The translations under genes were made by a program, and so were the position numbers. This document shows positions 26,168 through 36,800 of a DNA stretch of 50,479 bases, piece by piece. The notes under the pieces are model-generated. The model was not told where the DNA came from, did no database searches, and saw nothing but the letters and a program-made list of their open reading frames with translations. Origin of the DNA: an uncultured bacterium (GTDB lineage Bacteria; Patescibacteriota; Patescibacteriia; Patescibacteriales; UBA12465). The stretch is from NCBI GenBank assembly GCA_903874345.1, contig CAIQRY010000064.1, positions 1 through 50,479 on the forward strand, written 5' to 3'. Position 1 is the stretch's first letter, and the number at the start of each line of letters is the position of its first letter.

Positions 26168-27634
26168 ATGACGATTGAACGAATTATCAAAAAATTCGCG
26201 GAAAATCATCCTGGTGCCGACACCAAATTGTTGGCCCAAGCCTTTGAATTTGCCAATCTCGCGCATGAGGGTCAAATTCGAAAAAATGGCGAGCCTTATA
26301 TTCAACATCCCTTACATACCGCCTATATCTTAACCGAGATTAAAGCCGACCTTCCGACCGTAATGGCCGGTCTGCTCCATGACGTACCCGAAGATACGAA
26401 ACATACCATTTCCGAAATCAAAAAAAGGTTCGGTTCCGAGGTCGCTTTTTTGGTCCAAGGCGTAACCAAACTCGGAAAAATCAAGTACCGCGGCATTGAG
26501 CGCTATCGTGAAAACCTGAAAAAAATGTTCCTGGCCATGGCCAGTGATTTGCGCGTTATTTTTATTAAATTCTGCGACCGCTTGAATAATTTACGAACGC
26601 TGGAAAACCTGCCGCCGGAAAAACAAAAAAGAATCGCCAAGGAAACTTTGGAGATTTATGCGCCGATTGCCGGTATGCTCGGCATTAGCCGTTTAAAATG
26701 GCAGATGGAAGATATTTGTTTCAAATTCCTTTACCCCGAAGAGTTCCATGACCTCGAATATAAATATGAGGTTGAAAAAAAAGTCGAACGCAATCGTTTT
26801 TTTCAAAAAATCAAAAGCATTTTGACACCGAAACTTGATGAAGCCAAAATTAAATATGATATTGAAGTTCGCTTCAAACATTTATATAGCATCTATTTAA
26901 AAATGCAGGACAAGGGCCGACCTTTTAATGAAATTTATGATGTTTTTGCCTTGCGCGTCATTGTTGAGAATATTGATGACTGTTATCAGGTCTTAGGCTT
27001 AATCCATTCCCTTTGGAAACCGAAGCCGAATCGTTTTAAAGACTATATTGCCGTTCCGAAACCAAATGGTTATCGATCACTCCATACCACAGTCTTTGGT
27101 CCGGAGGGTAAAGCCGTGGAATTTCAAATTCGCACCCGCGAAATGCATGAAGAAAGCATTTACGGTTTAGCCGCCCATTGGCATTATAAATCCAAGCGGG
27201 GTCAAGGCATTTACCAGACGCCGGCCTGGGTTAAAGAAATCGTCGATATTCAAAAAGAAATCACCTCAACTTCCGAATTCGTTAAAAAAATAAAACTCGA
27301 TATTTTCCGCGATCGCATCTTTGTCTTTTCCCCTCGTGGTGACGCTTTCGAGCTGCCGGAAAAAGCGACGCCCATTGATTTCGCCTATGCTGTTCATACT
27401 AATATTGGTAATCAGGCGGCCGGTGTAATTATTAATGAAAAAGTTGGTCGTTTAGACCAAGAATTAAAAAACGGCGATTTAGTCGAAATAATTATTGAAA
27501 AAGGCCGTCGCTTCCCGGATCGTGATTGGTTAAAATTTGTAAAAACCAAACGCGCGCGCGATTTGATTAAGGAATACGCGAAGCGATCCCGACTCGAAAG
27601 TTTCAAACGCTTTATCCCGGGGATAAATAAATAA
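26168..27634 (+). CDS. rel: Short bifunctional RelA/SpoT-homologue (HD hydrolase + synthetase + TGS; no C-terminal regulatory half)
   Basis: 488 aa. HD: HPLHTAYIL, LLHDVPEDT. Synthetase: DVFALRVIV, NGYRSLHTTV, EFQIRTREMHEESIYGLAAHWHYK. TGS: IFVFSPRGDAFELPEKATPIDFAYAVHTNIG. The protein ends about 50 aa after TGS. Confidence 0.9.
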   Translation: MTIERIIKKFAENHPGADTKLLAQAFEFANLAHEGQIRKNGEPYIQHPLHTAYILTEIKADLPTVMAGLLHDVPEDTKHTISEIKKRFGSEVAFLVQGVTKLGKIKYRGIERYRENLKKMFLAMASDLRVIFIKFCDRLNNLRTLENLPPEKQKRIAKETLEIYAPIAGMLGISRLKWQMEDICFKFLYPEEFHDLEYKYEVEKKVERNRFFQKIKSILTPKLDEAKIKYDIEVRFKHLYSIYLKMQDKGRPFNEIYDVFALRVIVENIDDCYQVLGLIHSLWKPKPNRFKDYIAVPKPNGYRSLHTTVFGPEGKAVEFQIRTREMHEESIYGLAAHWHYKSKRGQGIYQTPAWVKEIVDIQKEITSTSEFVKKIKLDIFRDRIFVFSPRGDAFELPEKATPIDFAYAVHTNIGNQAAGVIINEKVGRLDQELKNGDLVEIIIEKGRRFPDRDWLKFVKTKRARDLIKEYAKRSRLESFKRFIPGINK

Positions 27635-27674
27635 AGTCACCCCGCACTTGATGCGGGGTCTCATGAAATAAATT

Positions 27675-27708
27675 AAAAAAGAGGCTTCCGTGTGGAGAGC
27701 CTCTTTTA
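27675..27708. terminator. Bidirectional terminator between rel and the 244-aa gene
   Basis: 11-bp stem AAGAGGCTTCC (27679-27689) / GGAGAGCCTCTT (27695-27705) with loop GTGTG. An A-run lies before it and a T-run after. A second hairpin ACCCCGCA/TGCGGGGT at 27639-27659 follows the rel stop directly. Confidence 0.6.
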
Positions 27709-27718
27709 CTATTCTCTT

Positions 27719-28453
27719 TTAGCCGGCTTTTTGGGCGGCTTCTTTTTTAGTCTTGCTCGCCAGATATATTACCGACGACATAAACGGTACCATCCCGACA
27801 AAAAAACAGACGCAAATTGCTAGTTTATAAGGAGTACAGAGAGCCAGGGAAATAATAAAATAAAATACCCAGCTAAGAAGCAATTTTACAAAACTGCCAT
27901 CAGTAACCTTAACGGTTGCGATCTTAAAGGCAGTGTATAATGAAAGCGAGGCTAGAAGTGTCATTATTATTACCACTCTCCATCTTGTTTTCATCTTTTC
28001 CTTATGGATTTTTACCGGGCTGACGTCAAGGCGTTGGTCGTCGGGAGAAGCCGAACAATTATAACTAAGCATGTCTGCTTTCGTTATAATTTTCGAGGCA
28101 AAGCAAAGCCAAGCATCGTCCTCCTCTCCCCAAAGGTTTTGAAATACATGCAGGGTGGCGCCAGGATGCTGCCAAGCCCTGATGATGTCGGCATCCGGAA
28201 GCGAAGCACCATGGATAATAATCCGAGCCAATATTTTTTCGGCTCGTCTTGAATTTTCCGTGTAAACTAAGCTATCGGCGCTTTCTGTTTTTTCCTGGCG
28301 CACGGCGGCATTCGGAATAACTATCAGGACCCATTCATTGAAAATTGCCTGATTCGCTGAAGCAGCTCCCTTAAGATGCCTAACTTCGACCTTCTGCGCC
28401 ATAGTTGAGGCGATAGCGACAAAAGCAACAAATAACAATACAATTTTTTTCAT
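27719..28453 (-). CDS. Orphan exported/membrane protein (244 aa): signal peptide, ~130-aa globular part, C-terminal TM helices
   Basis: MKKIVLLFVAFVAIASTMAQ signal. C-terminal helices VVIIMTLLASLSLYTAF, LLLSWVFYFIISLALC, ICVCFFVGMVPFMSSVIYL. It has its own promoter and terminator. No family recognised. Confidence 0.7.
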   Translation of the reverse strand: MKKIVLLFVAFVAIASTMAQKVEVRHLKGAASANQAIFNEWVLIVIPNAAVRQEKTESADSLVYTENSRRAEKILARIIIHGASLPDADIIRAWQHPGATLHVFQNLWGEEDDAWLCFASKIITKADMLSYNCSASPDDQRLDVSPVKIHKEKMKTRWRVVIIMTLLASLSLYTAFKIATVKVTDGSFVKLLLSWVFYFIISLALCTPYKLAICVCFFVGMVPFMSSVIYLASKTKKEAAQKAG

Positions 28454-28531
28454 GGTTTATCTGGTTTTACGTGAAATTCTTTCCGTTTCTTGAGAATATA
28501 TAATATTTTAAAAGGGCAATATTAACATAAT

Positions 28532-28560
28532 ACATTACATCTTTTTATAATTTTTGTCAA
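28532..28560 (-). promoter_or_regulatory. Sigma70 promoter of the 244-aa gene (TTGACA-17-TAATGT)
   Basis: Minus-strand TTGACA at 28560-28555, 17-nt spacer, TAATGT at 28537-28532. Confidence 0.55.
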
Positions 28561-28570
28561 TACTAAAACT

Positions 28571-28604
28571 ATAAAATAAAAGCACCTCATATTAAGGTGC
28601 TTTT
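28571..28604 (-). terminator. Rho-independent terminator after rpsU
   Basis: AGCACCT (28581-28587) / AGGTGCT (28595-28601) with a 7-nt loop. On the minus strand it is followed by TTTATTTTAT. Confidence 0.55.
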
Positions 28605-28629
28605 ATATTTATATTAGCAAAATTATAAC

Positions 28630-28863
28630 TTACGGTCGCATATTGCTTTCCGGCAATTTGCCAATGCGGCGCAGGTATTCATTCTTCTTGCTCAAATCTA
28701 AGCTGATTAAAGCTCGCTTTTTCAAAAGACGTTTAGTCTTTTTCGGCTCTAAATGTTGCTTGGATCGCGCTTTTTCAAGACGCTTGCTGTTTTTTAAACC
28801 CTTCTTGAATTTCCGTAAAAAACTTTCGAAACTCTCGCCGGGTTTTCGTTTAAAATCCGCCAT
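28630..28863 (-). CDS. rpsU: 30S ribosomal protein S21
   Basis: Highly basic ~77 aa, MADFKRKPGESFESFLRKFKKGLKNSKRLEKARSKQHLEPKKTKRLLKKRA, matching the S21 pattern (..AL.RFKR....g.l.e.r.r..yekPs..rkr). ATG at 28863 is preferred over the track's GTG at 28869. It overlaps the hisS 3' end by 14 nt. Confidence 0.75.
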   Translation of the reverse strand: MADFKRKPGESFESFLRKFKKGLKNSKRLEKARSKQHLEPKKTKRLLKKRALISLDLSKKNEYLRRIGKLPESNMRP

Positions 28864-30265
28864 ACACACCTTCCTTTCTATGATTATCTTTATTAATTAA
28901 ATTAGTATTGTTACTTCTAAGCTTTCTTTCAACGACTTTTTCTCGTCGTTCGAGACGCTCCTTAATCTTCTTATAAACAACGGTCTCTTGCGCTCCGGAA
29001 TCCATATCGCGCATCAGGATCGTTCCGTCCATAATTTCTTTCTTGCCTAGAATCAAGCTCGTTTTCGCCTTCATGTTAAGGGCTTCTTCTAATTGCTGTT
29101 TTAAGCTATCCGAGGTAAAGGCCTGGCGGACATTGAATCCAGCGCGACGTAATTCCTCAAATAATTGAAGCGCTTTGAGCTTCGCTTGGTCTCCGAGTTG
29201 GGCAATGAATACAATATCCTCTTCAGCCGGGTTAGTCAAGAGATGCTTATCTTTAATTCGCGACATGGTTCGCTCTAAACCAATGGCTATCCCCGCCGCG
29301 GGTGTTGGGGCGCCGCCGAGATTTTCAACCAAAGAATCATAACGACCACCACCGGCTAAGGCTAACTTACCGACCGGCGTACTGCCATCGTCATTTACCG
29401 GCCAAAATTCAAAGACCGTATCATTATAATAATTCAAGCTGCGAACCAAATAGGGATTAAAATTATAATCAATTTTTAATTCGTCTAAAAATTCCAAAGT
29501 CTTGGAAAAATGATCACGGCTTTCATCTGATAAGTAGTCGGCGAGTTGTGGCGCGCCTTCTCGAATCTTAACACATTCCTCTTCTTTGCAGTCTAATAAG
29601 CTTAAGCAGCTACGGCCTAAATTTTTCTTGCAATGATTGCAAAGTTTAGAGCGACGACCGCGTTCCTTATAAAAAGCTAAGAGCTTACTGCAATATTCCC
29701 GGCGATTTTCCGCCGTTCCTAAAGAATTAATCTGCACCTGGCATTTTACCTGGAGTTCGGAGAAAAAATTAGCCGCTAAAGCGATGAGTGTCGCTTCGGC
29801 CATCGGCTTTGCTTCACCGATAATTTCTAAATTAAACTGTGTCGCTTCGCGATAGCGCCCCGTCTGCATTTTTTCACGGCGAAAAATAGAACCGAGTGAA
29901 AAAAGTCGAACCGCCCGACCGCTTTCCCCTAAATTATTTTCGAGGTAGGCTCGGACAACACCTTGGGTAATTTCCGGTCGTAAAACCACGCGTTCGCTCT
30001 TATCACCTTCGACAAAATAAAATTCCCGATCAGCACCTTTCCGGCTTGATTTCTTAAACAGATCAAAAGTTTCCATGATGGGCGTGCGTACCGGCGTAAA
30101 ACTATAGAGTTTAGCAAGCTCAAGCGCTTTACCAGCGACAAAATCATAAGCGCGCTGCTCTGTGCCGACAAAGTCTTTCATTCCTAAAAGACGCGGCGGA
30201 ATTTTTTCGTTTCTTTTGACCGGAACTTTGTTCGCTTCCGGTATATTTCTTTTAGGTCGAGGCAT
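28850..30265 (-). CDS. hisS: Histidine--tRNA ligase
   Basis: 471 aa. Class II motifs RPEITQGVVRAY, FRREKMQTGRYREATQFNLEIIG, AGGGRYDSLV. C-terminal anticodon-binding domain. Confidence 0.95.
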   Translation of the reverse strand: MPRPKRNIPEANKVPVKRNEKIPPRLLGMKDFVGTEQRAYDFVAGKALELAKLYSFTPVRTPIMETFDLFKKSSRKGADREFYFVEGDKSERVVLRPEITQGVVRAYLENNLGESGRAVRLFSLGSIFRREKMQTGRYREATQFNLEIIGEAKPMAEATLIALAANFFSELQVKCQVQINSLGTAENRREYCSKLLAFYKERGRRSKLCNHCKKNLGRSCLSLLDCKEEECVKIREGAPQLADYLSDESRDHFSKTLEFLDELKIDYNFNPYLVRSLNYYNDTVFEFWPVNDDGSTPVGKLALAGGGRYDSLVENLGGAPTPAAGIAIGLERTMSRIKDKHLLTNPAEEDIVFIAQLGDQAKLKALQLFEELRRAGFNVRQAFTSDSLKQQLEEALNMKAKTSLILGKKEIMDGTILMRDMDSGAQETVVYKKIKERLERREKVVERKLRSNNTNLINKDNHRKEGVYGGF

Positions 30266-30273
30266 AGAAATTA

Positions 30274-30843
30274 TTAATTATTATATTGCGGCCAATAACT
30301 GGGCGTATATAGAGTAATTTTATTAAACGGCCAACCACGAAAGAGGACTTTGCCGGTGATAAAGCTTTTGTTGACTGGGCCGAAGTAACGCGAGTCCTTG
30401 GAAGCGTTACGATTATCCCCTAAAACATAATACTCATTCGCGCCAATATTTATTTTATCCGTATTGTCACTAATGGTAGTTAGCCCCGAGGTCAAATAAG
30501 GCTCATTTAAAACAAAGCCATCGGGATGAGCGGTATTAAAAATCTTAACACTCCCGTTTTCAATCTGAACCTGTTCACCGGGGAGGCCAATAACGCGTTT
30601 AATAAAGTATTCCTGCGGATCACGCGGGTAGCGAAAAACAATCACCTGGCCTCTTTGCGGGGCGTGGAAGCGATAGCTGATTTCATCAATAATTAAGTAT
30701 TGGCCGTCATGAAAATTATTTTCCATGGACGCGCCTTTGACGTAAAAGGGTTGGATTAAATAGTAGCGAACCGGCAGGATAATGATTAAAGAGATAACAA
30801 TAACTTTGACGATCTCCCAGACGAACAAGAAGAACTTACGCAT
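30274..30843 (-). CDS. lepB: Signal peptidase I
   Basis: 189 aa. N-terminal TM, catalytic Ser box GASMENNF, Lys box IKRVIGLPGE, and VLGDNRNASKDSRYFGPV. Confidence 0.92.
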   Translation of the reverse strand: MRKFFLFVWEIVKVIVISLIIILPVRYYLIQPFYVKGASMENNFHDGQYLIIDEISYRFHAPQRGQVIVFRYPRDPQEYFIKRVIGLPGEQVQIENGSVKIFNTAHPDGFVLNEPYLTSGLTTISDNTDKINIGANEYYVLGDNRNASKDSRYFGPVNKSFITGKVLFRGWPFNKITLYTPSYWPQYNN

Positions 30844-30891
30844 ATGTTAAAATTGAAGTAATATTCCTTAAATTAAGACTAATTACTGTTC

Positions 30892-30920
30892 AGTATATCA
30901 TAAATTTTAGTAAAAATCAA
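30892..30920 (-). promoter_or_regulatory. Promoter of the lepB-hisS-rpsU operon (TTGATT-17-TATACT with TG extension)
   Basis: Minus-strand TTGATT at 30920-30915 and TGATATACT at 30900-30892. Confidence 0.5.
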
Positions 30921-30923
30921 ATA

Positions 30924-30955
30924 AAAATGCCCCGTTGACGAAAACGGGGCATTTT
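30924..30955. terminator. Strong bidirectional terminator after queA
   Basis: AAAATGCCCCGTT (30924-30936) / AACGGGGCATTTT (30943-30955) with loop GACGAA. On the minus strand it is followed by a T-rich run. Confidence 0.7.
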
Positions 30956-30963
30956 AAGTGAAG

Positions 30964-32001
30964 TTAGTCATGAATAAACATAGCGTCGCCGTAGCTAAAG
31001 AAACGGTATTTTTGCTTAATAGCCTCATGGTAAGCCCGGTCAATCGCTTTTTTCCCGGCTAAGGCGCTAACGAGCATAAGTAGAGTCGATTTCGGTAAAT
31101 GAAAATTAGTAACTAGAGCATCAACCATCTTGAATTTATAGCCCGGATAAATAAAAATGTTTGTCCAAAAGCTTTCCGCGCCAACTTTTTTAAAATCCGC
31201 TGACTCAAGCGTTCGAGCGCTCGTTGTGCCGACTGCGATAACCCGGCCGCCAGCTTTTTTAGCCGCTAAAATTTCTTTTTTGGCGCTGGCGCTTATTGTC
31301 GCGAATTCCTGGTGCATCTGATGCTCTGTAATTTTTTCCGTTTTAACCGGTGCAAAAGTCCCGAGCCCGACATGAAGCGTGACGTAAACTATTTTAATGC
31401 CTTTCTTCTTTATTTTTTGCAATAACTGTTTTGTAAAATGTAATCCAGCAGTGGGCGCCGCGACCGAGCCCGTCTGGCGCGCGTCTGCAAACACGGTTTG
31501 ATAATTATTCTTATCACTTTTTTGCTTTTTTGTTCTTTTAATATAAGGCGGAAGAGGAACTAGGCCAATTTGATTAATAATATTTAAAAATCGAGCACCG
31601 CTTAAATTAAATTTAACCGCCCAAGTGCCATCCTGATTATTTTTTAAAATCATGGCGCGCAAATCTTTTTTAAATTCAACCACCGTGCCCTCTTTGACCC
31701 GCCCGCCGACTAGACATTCCCAATTTGCGCCTTGAATTTTCCGGTGTAAAAATATTTCCACGGCGCCGCCCGTTTCTTTTTTATGTCCTAAAAGCCGCGC
31801 CGGAAAAACTTTAGAATTATTTAAAACTAAAACATCGCCGGGCTTTAAATAACCAGCTAAATCATAAAAATGCCGGTGCTGAATTTTCCCCATTTTCTTA
31901 TCAAGCAATAAAAGCCGCGAGTGGTCTCGCGGTCTGACTGGTTTTTGAGCAATAAGCTCGAGAGGCAGATGATAATCAAAATCTTTAACTAAAAGCGACA
32001 T
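30964..32001 (-). CDS. queA: S-adenosylmethionine:tRNA ribosyltransferase-isomerase
   Basis: MSLLVKDFDYHLPLELIAQKPVRPRDHSRLL, VAAPTAGLHFT, TLHVGLGTF, VGTTSARTLES. ATG at 32001 is preferred; the track's extension to 32073 adds a non-homologous Ile-rich leader. Confidence 0.93.
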   Translation of the reverse strand: MSLLVKDFDYHLPLELIAQKPVRPRDHSRLLLLDKKMGKIQHRHFYDLAGYLKPGDVLVLNNSKVFPARLLGHKKETGGAVEIFLHRKIQGANWECLVGGRVKEGTVVEFKKDLRAMILKNNQDGTWAVKFNLSGARFLNIINQIGLVPLPPYIKRTKKQKSDKNNYQTVFADARQTGSVAAPTAGLHFTKQLLQKIKKKGIKIVYVTLHVGLGTFAPVKTEKITEHQMHQEFATISASAKKEILAAKKAGGRVIAVGTTSARTLESADFKKVGAESFWTNIFIYPGYKFKMVDALVTNFHLPKSTLLMLVSALAGKKAIDRAYHEAIKQKYRFFSYGDAMFIHD

Positions 32002-32013
32002 AAAAATACTATC

Positions 32014-32042
32014 TTTACAAATTCTTATCTTTATTATAATAT
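32014..32042 (+). promoter_or_regulatory. Putative promoter (TTTACA-17-TAATAT) of the 200-aa hypothetical gene
   Basis: Hexamers at 32014-32019 and 32037-32042. Confidence 0.4.
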
Positions 32043-32088
32043 AACAAATTACTGAAATATTTAGAAGTTGCACCTTAAAATCAATATC

Positions 32089-32688
32089 ATGGAAAAGATT
32101 AAAGAACTAAAAAATGGCAATATCAGCGTCGCCGGTTTAGCTAGCCTTCTCACGGAAGTTTGGGGTAATATGTCCATTATTTCTCATAGCCCCGAGGAAG
32201 AGAAAATATTATATTTTAACACTACCGCCTTACGGAATTTTATTCGTGGTCGTCGTGATTCTGGCGTCATTAATTATGACCCCATGCCCCTTGAAATAGA
32301 ACTTGAAAAAATTGAATTGTTCTATTTCATGCAGGTCGTTAGCACCATATTTAAACAAGCCACAAATGGCGGCTACATTTTAAAACCGTTCGATGACTTA
32401 TGGAGTGATTTCAGCTTAATTAGCTCTTATAAACTAAACGAGGATAAACCTACTTGGCATAAACCCCACTTACATGAGAGAACAAAAAGCGTCCTCGCTG
32501 AAATTATTCTGGAAAGACTGAAAACGGAATTAGATCGGAAACCACCGAGCGGCAAAAAACGTGGTCTCTTACTATACCTTAATCTTATTAGGGCGCTGCG
32601 TAAAAAACCGCAGGCAATCTATAAAAAGACTACTCGACTTCTGAAAAAATATGACCCAAAAAATGAATCCGGGGGCAACTTCGTCTAA
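32089..32688 (+). CDS. Hypothetical protein (~199 aa), basic C-terminus
   Basis: ATG at 32089 (MEKIKELKNG...). The track start is TTG at 32068. No recognisable motif. A terminator follows. Confidence 0.6.
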   Translation: MEKIKELKNGNISVAGLASLLTEVWGNMSIISHSPEEEKILYFNTTALRNFIRGRRDSGVINYDPMPLEIELEKIELFYFMQVVSTIFKQATNGGYILKPFDDLWSDFSLISSYKLNEDKPTWHKPHLHERTKSVLAEIILERLKTELDRKPPSGKKRGLLLYLNLIRALRKKPQAIYKKTTRLLKKYDPKNESGGNFV

Positions 32689-32715
32689 ATGGGTCTAAAC
32701 CGAAAAAACATTAAC

Positions 32716-32742
32716 AAAAGAGTCCTCCCGGACTCTTTTTTA
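32716..32742. terminator. Bidirectional terminator between the hypothetical gene and ruvB
   Basis: AGAGTCC (32719-32725) / GGACTCT (32730-32736), loop TCCC, followed by a T-run. Confidence 0.65.
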
Positions 32743-32761
32743 TTTATCTGATTTTTTTATT

Positions 32762-33814
32762 TTAAACCAAACTCCCGGTCCCCGGCATTCTTAGTCCTAA
32801 ATGCTCATAACCTAAATGAGTAACCATTCTGCCACGAGGCGAACGATCTAAAAAGCCGAGCTGCATCAGATACGGTTCATAAACATTTTCAATCGTATCC
32901 ATGTCTTCGCCAGTCGCGGCCGCGAGTGTATTAAGTCCGACCGGGCCGCCCTTGAATTTATGAACAATCGTTTCCAGAATTCGGCGATCAATCAAGTCCA
33001 AACCTAATTCATCGACTTCGAGTAATTTAAAGGCCGCTAAGCAATCGGCTAGAGTAATCTGACCGTCGCCTTTTACCTCACAATAATCGCGTACCCGTTT
33101 TAAGAGCCGGTTCGCGATACGCGGCGTGCGGCGACTGCGCGAAGCAATCGCTTCGCTCGCGGTAGCATCTATTTTAATATTCAAGATTCCCGCGCTGCGC
33201 TTAATGATTTTTTCAATATCCGCAATTTCGTAAAAATTTAAATGATGCGTAATTCCGAAGCGATCACGTAAGGGTGCTGAGAGTAGGCTCGCCATAGTTG
33301 TAGCCCCAATAATCGTAAAACGCGGCAAGTCGAGGCGCAAAGTTCGTGCCGTTGGCCCCTTGCCCATGATAATATCCAAAGCGTAGTCTTCCATAGCTGG
33401 GTATAAAATTTCTTCAACTGTCTTATTTAAACGATGAATTTCATCAATAAATAAAATATCCCCTTTTTCAAGATTAGTTAAAATCGCAGCTAAGTCGCCG
33501 CTTTTTTCAATCGCCGGCCCGGACGTGACTCGAATATTTGCCCCGATTTCGTTAGCAATCACATGGGCCAGAGTCGTCTTACCTAAACCCGGTGCGCCGT
33601 AAAGCAAAACGTGCTCAATCGGTTCCTCCCGCTTTTTGGCGGCCGTGATCGTAATATTCAAATTCGCCTTAATCCGTTCTTGGCCGATATATTCGCCTAA
33701 AGTTTTGGGACGCAAAGACAAATCAAGAGTATCATCTCCCTGGCGTTCAATCGGACTAATCAAGCGATCCGGCGTATTGTCTTGGGGTTTCTTCATATCT
33801 ATATTGTATATCAA
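32762..33814 (-). CDS. ruvB: Holliday junction branch migration ATPase RuvB
   Basis: [13 protein letters not shown], Walker [39 protein letters not shown]. The track start is TTG at 33814, which overlaps the upstream stop. ATG at 33796 is an alternative. Confidence 0.95.
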   Translation of the reverse strand: MIYNIDMKKPQDNTPDRLISPIERQGDDTLDLSLRPKTLGEYIGQERIKANLNITITAAKKREEPIEHVLLYGAPGLGKTTLAHVIANEIGANIRVTSGPAIEKSGDLAAILTNLEKGDILFIDEIHRLNKTVEEILYPAMEDYALDIIMGKGPTARTLRLDLPRFTIIGATTMASLLSAPLRDRFGITHHLNFYEIADIEKIIKRSAGILNIKIDATASEAIASRSRRTPRIANRLLKRVRDYCEVKGDGQITLADCLAAFKLLEVDELGLDLIDRRILETIVHKFKGGPVGLNTLAAATGEDMDTIENVYEPYLMQLGFLDRSPRGRMVTHLGYEHLGLRMPGTGSLV

Positions 33815-36800
33815 ACCTGCCTAAACTCACAAATGGAATTAAAATCACAGAACTGGCACATTGGGGACGGTGTTGGCGCAAAATCCCTTTTCTTAATGGC
33901 TGCGATTTCCGTCATGACTTCTAGACGCAGCTTCGTAATCTCCTTATCCGTCGCGACAAAACTCGCCTTAACCCCGCTTTCCAGATAATAATAGCTGAGC
34001 TGGCTAACTTTTATCTTTAAAAACTCTTCCAGGAATAATTGATAGAGGATTAATTGCCGCTTGGTGCTGAAATCAAGTTTCTTGTCCTTACCTGTCTTAT
34101 AATCAACTATCTCCAGGGTCCCGTCCGCGAGTTTATCAACGCGATCGATTGTACCTTTAATAACATCTTCGCCGAGTTTAAAAGAAAACTTCTTTTCAAG
34201 AAATAAAACTTCCGCCGGTTTATTTTTTTGATAATCACTCCAGAAACTTTTTAAAGCTTTTAAGCCTTTCTGATAATAAGCCGCCCGGTCTTCCTTATTC
34301 TGATAGCCGTCTTCCTGCCAGAATTCCGAATATATTTCGAGTAGTCTTTTTTCGCTCAGTAGTTCGCCCCGTTCTTTTCCTTTTTTCCCGCCCATCTCGC
34401 CAAACAGTTCGCCTTGTATTTTCTGACGCTCGGCTAAGGCCGGAAGCAAGAAATTATATAAGGTATTATGCAAAACGCGACCAAAAACCAAGCTGCCTTT
34501 TTCCGTCGACGCCGGGATTTTTAAAATAAACGCAAATTTATACTGCAAGGGACAGGTCGAGAAGGCCGCAATCTGCGAAAAAGAAAATTTTTCCGGCAAA
34601 GGATAAATATCTAAGGGCTTTTTATTATCGAGCGCTAGCTCGCGGGCGTTAAAATAATGTAAATCGCGTAAAAATTCATTTTTCTCGCTTAAAGCCACGG
34701 CCGGAATCGCTAAACTTTCTAAACCCATTTCGGAAATAAAACGTGAGGGTTTCTTTTCTCTTACGCCGCCATAATCTTTCGCGCCCGTGAGATACAATTC
34801 TTCTTTAGCGCGCGTCGCCGCGACATAAAAAAGACGCCGTTCTTCCTCAAGATGAATATCGGCGCTCGTTACTAATTTTTCCCGAACCAGTGCGTCCGGA
34901 ATACTGATTTTTTCCGAGCGATTGATGGTCGGAAATTTTTTATCGACTAAATTGACCAAGAAAACATATTTAAACTCCAAACCTTTTGCGCCGTGCACCG
35001 TCATAATTTTGACGCTTTCGTTGTCCGCAAAATCAAGTTTTAAAGCCCCGGTTTCTCCAGCTTCTAATTCGAGGTTAATCGCTTCTAAGAAATCTTTTAA
35101 GCGTAAATCCGGCTCACTCTCTTCTAAACGCTTCATTTTCTGATAGAGCTGATTAAGATAAGAGAATGACTCCAAATCACGATCGCGGTCTAAGCCTTCC
35201 AAAAAGCCGGAATCATAAGCAAAATGCAAGAAAATCTTGGTCGGTTTCTGCTGTGCGACTAGAAGCGAATGCGCCGCGAGAAGATTTAATAGTTTATTAA
35301 TATTTTTAATGCTCTCCGCGCTCACGCCCGGAATCGCGTTAATATTTTTCAAGGCTTCATATAAGGACCAGACTTTACGCGCCGCCATCTTGTTAATAGT
35401 CACCAGATCAAGATGTGAGACTTTAAAAATCTCCATGTTCAAAACCCGAAACAGAGCCGCGGACTCATGATAATTATCAAGCAAGCGCAAATAAGCCAGG
35501 CAATCTAAAATCAGCGGCTTATAATAGAGGCCGCGCCAGGACATGAATTGATTTGGAATATTGCGGCGCGAGAGCTCCTTAACGTAAGCCTCGGCTGTAT
35601 CATTGGCGCGCACTAAAATCGCGAAGTCCTGCCAATTTATTTCGCCCTGCCCCGTTTCATAAAGTTCTTGAATTTTAGTCGCCACAAAAGTCGTTTCTTC
35701 TTCTTGGCGATCAAAGTTATAAAATCTAACGGCTGGTTCAAGCGCCTTTATCTTAGTGACCAAGCCTTTCGCTTTTAGATTCTTATTGATTTTTAATTTC
35801 ACTTCGAGACGATTCGGATTATTATGGGCGATAAATTTATAAGCATGATCTAGGATTTCCTGACGCGAACGATAATTTTCGGTTAAAACGATTTCCGCCG
35901 CCTGCGGATAGTCGTCCTTAAACTGCATGATGTTGGATAAAGAGGCGCCGCGGAACTTATAAATCGCCTGGTCATCGTCACCGACCACGACTAAATTGTT
36001 TTTCGGCGCAACGAGGAGTTTAATGAGTTCATACTGCGCCCAATTCGTATCCTGGAATTCATCAACCATGACATAGCGGAATTTAGTCTGATAAAATTTC
36101 AAAATATTCGGACGTTCTCTGAATAATTTTAAAACATAAACAATTAAATCGCCGAAATCAAGATAATTATTTTCTAAAAGAAGCTGATTATAGATATGAT
36201 AAGCGTTAGCGAGCTCTTTGATCCGCCCGACTTCCATGACCTCGCCCTCATCCCCTGTCTCTTCGCCCTCAGTCGCGGCGCCTAATTTCTTTTTGGTCTT
36301 GGTTTTTACGCCCCGGTCTAATTTTTTGCCACTTAATCTCTCATCCTGATCCGATTCTAATTCCTCCGCATATTTTAAATACTCAGCCGACGAAATATTT
36401 TCGTCTTTAAGTCGCGAAAAATGCCGAATTAATTCCGAAATAAATTTTGTCGGATTGCCTAGGGGGCGATAATAATCGAGATTGAAACGCGCCAGATTCT
36501 TCTTGATTAAAACCCATTGTTCCGTCTCAGTTAAAACTTTTAAGCCGGCGGCGAGTCCGATATCAAGACCGAATTCTTTTAAAACCCGTTCGCCGAAACC
36601 GTGAAAAGTATTGATCCATAAATCAAAACAGCCATAGGGGAGAGCCTTATCCGCCCGCTCCTCAATTTCGCCGGCTGCTTTTTCCGTGAAAGTCAAAAGC
36701 AAAATTTCCTCCGGTTTAACCTTCTTTTCCGTAATCAAATAAACGAGACGATTGATTAAAACCGTGGTCTTGCCTGTCCCGGCGCCGGCCACAATTAAAA

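Noticed and set aside
26051-26308. 85-aa minus-strand ORF antisense to the rel start
   Set aside because: It runs through the rel 5' end, the terminator-like hairpin and both -10 boxes. It has no RBS and its composition is atypical.
32002-32073. N-terminal 24-aa extension of queA in the ORF track
   Set aside because: The extension (MQLLNISVICYIIIKIRICKDSIF) is non-homologous and covers the divergent promoter. The conserved QueA N-terminus begins at the ATG at 32001.
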